Source: a virus (lineage: Duplodnaviria; Caudoviricetes). Taken from it: DNA of 27,427 bases. The stretch spans positions 1 to 27,427 of IMG/VR virus record IMGVR_UViG_3300003086_000118; one strand, given 5' to 3'. The position numbers were made by a program, and so were the translations under genes. The notes below the pieces were generated by a model. It did not search any database, was not told the DNA's origin, and saw only the letters and a program-made list of their open reading frames with translations. Shown one piece after another: positions 25,449 through 27,427 of the stretch (positions are counted from its first letter, which is position 1; each line of letters begins with the position of its first letter).

Positions 25449-25449
25449 T

Positions 25450-25647
25450 ATGAAAATAATTACTAAAACCGAAAGAGATACTTATCTAAGAACTAAGAAT
25501 AGATTTTATCAATGTGGTTGGTTAGATGCCGAACGTAATGAACCAGCACAAGCAAGTACAAGAGCCAGAGACCAAGTATGGTATGAAGAATATCTTGCTG
25601 GTTATAAAGAGTCTTTGAATAACTCATATGCTATGGAGGGTTATTAG
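25450..25647 (+). CDS. Hypothetical protein (65 aa)
   Basis: SD-supported ATG at 25450. Confidence 0.65.
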   Translation: MKIITKTERDTYLRTKNRFYQCGWLDAERNEPAQASTRARDQVWYEEYLAGYKESLNNSYAMEGY

Positions 25648-25940
25648 TGTTAAAATTAATTCGGGACAAATACGTAAACAATATCGAAGACGAAAGGTTG
25701 ACGACAGTCAGTCCGACGTCTACTGAATATCGTGATTTTCTTATTGATAAACTGTTTGAAGAAATCCGAGAATTGGAAGATTCGGATTGGAAAGATGTTC
25801 AAGAATATGCTGATGTGTATGAAGTCTTTCAGGCACTTTTGAAGATTAACAATATCACTGAAGAGCAAGTTATCAGAGCCAAGATATCAAAACACGCATT
25901 GTTGGGTGGTTTTGAAAACGGAATTATTTTAACATATTAA
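25647..25940 (+). CDS. MazG-superfamily (PRA-PH-like) nucleoside triphosphate pyrophosphohydrolase
   Basis: KLIRDK, KLFEEIRE, EYADVYEV, GGF motifs. Confidence 0.8.
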   Translation: MLKLIRDKYVNNIEDERLTTVSPTSTEYRDFLIDKLFEEIRELEDSDWKDVQEYADVYEVFQALLKINNITEEQVIRAKISKHALLGGFENGIILTY

Positions 25941-25951
25941 TTAAAAAGAGC

Positions 25952-25980
25952 TTTACTTTTGAATGAAACTAGGGTATAAT
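25952..25980 (+). promoter_or_regulatory. Early promoter TTTACT-17-TATAAT
   Basis: Motif family; ATG 9 nt downstream, no SD. Confidence 0.8.
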
Positions 25981-25989
25981 ACGTAGTAT

Positions 25990-26616
25990 ATGAGAAATAA
26001 AATTGAAAGTGTTAAAAAATTAATAGTTGATACTCCACTATATGCGGAAGAGATTGTTAATATACTTCAGTGTCAATTTAAAGACGACGGTGTAGAAGTT
26101 ACATCGTTTAAAGTAGATAGTCTAGAAAAAGATACTGTGACAGTTAATGGTTATTTTAATCACCTTGACTGGGAATTACACGAGAATATTGAATTGGTTC
26201 TTATTGTGCCCGATGATAAAACGACTATTACTATAAATAGCGATAGTTGGAAGTTTCTTCAACATCAAATTCACCAAACTTTGGAGCACGAGATGATACA
26301 TAGAGAACAATTTACCAAAAGAGAAGGCCTTGTCGGCCGCACCGTTATTCCAGTTTTTCCAGAAGGAATGAATTCTGAGCAAGAACGTATTATTTATTTA
26401 AGTGACCCAGACGAAATTGACGCATATGCTAATGATGTTCTGTTAGACCTTTCGAAAATTTATAATTCTCAAGGCGTTGCGTTAAAGTTGACTACATATT
26501 CTACAATAACAGTAGAAGAGTCGCCTATTATGAATGAGTATATGGATCTGTTCGGTAAAGATTCGTCGATAGTTAAAACTATTGTTAAAAAGGCATTAAA
26601 AAGAGTAGTATTATGA
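25990..26616 (+). CDS. Zincin-like metallopeptidase domain protein
   Basis: LEHEMIH (HExxH) and downstream YL..PDEIDAYA. Confidence 0.7.
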   Translation: MRNKIESVKKLIVDTPLYAEEIVNILQCQFKDDGVEVTSFKVDSLEKDTVTVNGYFNHLDWELHENIELVLIVPDDKTTITINSDSWKFLQHQIHQTLEHEMIHREQFTKREGLVGRTVIPVFPEGMNSEQERIIYLSDPDEIDAYANDVLLDLSKIYNSQGVALKLTTYSTITVEESPIMNEYMDLFGKDSSIVKTIVKKALKRVVL

Positions 26617-26810
26617 ACGAAAATCAAAAAGAAAAATTTATTAGTCAGTGTGTTGCATTGACTCCTTGCCCAAACCCAGACAATCATCAAATGAACGATG
26701 ATCATTCTGGGTGTAAGATTTGTAAATTAAGTATCGAAGAATTACAAATGTGGGAAAGGTACACAGACGAAGAACGTGAAGTAATTTGTAATGAAATATT
26801 AGATAGATAA
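26613..26810 (+). CDS. Small Cys-rich protein, DUF1289-like
   Basis: TPC...CKIC.LSIEEL..W..YTDEER pattern. Confidence 0.55.
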   Translation: MNENQKEKFISQCVALTPCPNPDNHQMNDDHSGCKICKLSIEELQMWERYTDEEREVICNEILDR

Positions 26811-26825
26811 AATAAAAGGGGCATT

Positions 26826-27059
26826 ATCTCAAACAAAACAAAACAACAAACATTTCAAACTTTCGTAGAGTCTAAAGTATCAGATGGAATATCTTCCTAT
26901 TTGGACGTTATTACGGAATATATGGAAGAACATGAATTAGAAGCCAAGCAGGTTAAGAAACTAATTTCACCACTATTAGAAGAAAAGATTAAAAAAGAAG
27001 CGGTTAAAAATAGAACCATAACGGATGAAGATTATTCAGAGAGTAAATTACCACTGTGA
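26826..27059 (+). CDS. gp33: Late transcription co-activator gp33 (no canonical start codon)
   Basis: Manual translation F..FVE....SYLDVITEY.EE.ELE...VKKLISPLLEEKIKKEA...KLPL; position between dsbA and gp59. Confidence 0.8.
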   Translation: MSNKTKQQTFQTFVESKVSDGISSYLDVITEYMEEHELEAKQVKKLISPLLEEKIKKEAVKNRTITDEDYSESKLPL

Positions 27060-27427
27060 CTGGGTTTGAAACATATAAATTATATGTTTCCGTAAAACAA
27101 CACTTTAATATAGATAACGATTATAACCATATTAAATTTAATGGCAAATCAAAAGGTGTTAATTTAGATACATATAATAGAAGAAAGGACAAATACTATT
27201 TTGAAGCATTAGGTGCAAAAAAGGGTAAAGAATTATTACAGTTTTATGTAGCAAATTTTGTAGTAGGTGATGGTAGATATATTGCTGAAATGTACAACCA
27301 AGAATCAGAAGAAGTGTTCTTTGGTTGGAAAGGGGTTATTGAATCTCTGTCATACTTATTTACAGAAGACTTGAAGCATATTAAAGATTTTTTAGATGAA
27401 AGAAATTTGAAATGTTTGTTGTTTTGT
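27056..27427 (+). CDS. gp59: Helicase loader gp59 (truncated by window end)
   Basis: Manual translation MTGFETYKLYVSVKQHF...Y...KFNGK...YNRRKDKYYF...FYVANF; GTGA overlap. Confidence 0.9.
   Translation, partial: MTGFETYKLYVSVKQHFNIDNDYNHIKFNGKSKGVNLDTYNRRKDKYYFEALGAKKGKELLQFYVANFVVGDGRYIAEMYNQESEEVFFGWKGVIESLSYLFTEDLKHIKDFLDERNLKCLLFC

Noticed and set aside
25267-25449. Long start for the 126-aa ORF
   Set aside because: Overlaps the SD-supported 25233-25448 gene; real start likely 25450
2647-26705. Numerous short antisense or nested ORFs in the track (e.g. 2647-3091, 9284-9535, 10171-10704, 17239-17490, 18114-18417, 19262-19577, 23259-24299, 26176-26705)
   Set aside because: Shadow frames of well-supported genes with no motifs or RBS

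Overview
AT-rich fragment of a T4-like (gp33/gp59/DsbA/capsid-paralogue, TATAAATA late promoters) marine myophage genome. The host is probably a sulfur-oxidising gammaproteobacterium such as SUP05, inferred from a single-Cys DsrC/TusE-like gene. The window holds phoH, an amino-type DNA methyltransferase, a PD-(D/E)XK exonuclease, a repeat-rich origin-like early region, thyX, tRNA-Gly, a frameshifted nrdA and a glutaredoxin-nrdB fusion, groES, thioredoxin, a (p)ppGpp-hydrolase-like HD protein, hsp20 with a ROSE-like leader, a minus-strand late block and the start of gp59. The strongest candidate system is a tightly coupled four-gene DNA hypermodification operon at 13382-17523: TET/JBP dioxygenase, amino acid:DNA transferase (aGPT-PPlase2), PLP enzyme and P-loop kinase. 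The phage encodes ThyX, and no dUMP hydroxymethylase is visible in the window, which suggests a fully post-replicative route to hypermodified pyrimidines. Also notable are a highly structured candidate ncRNA (20570-20812), shuffled early-promoter cassettes, leaderless transcripts, a SutA-like ORF, and several short internal deletions that may be sequence artefacts. All calls come from manual motif recognition; no searches were run.
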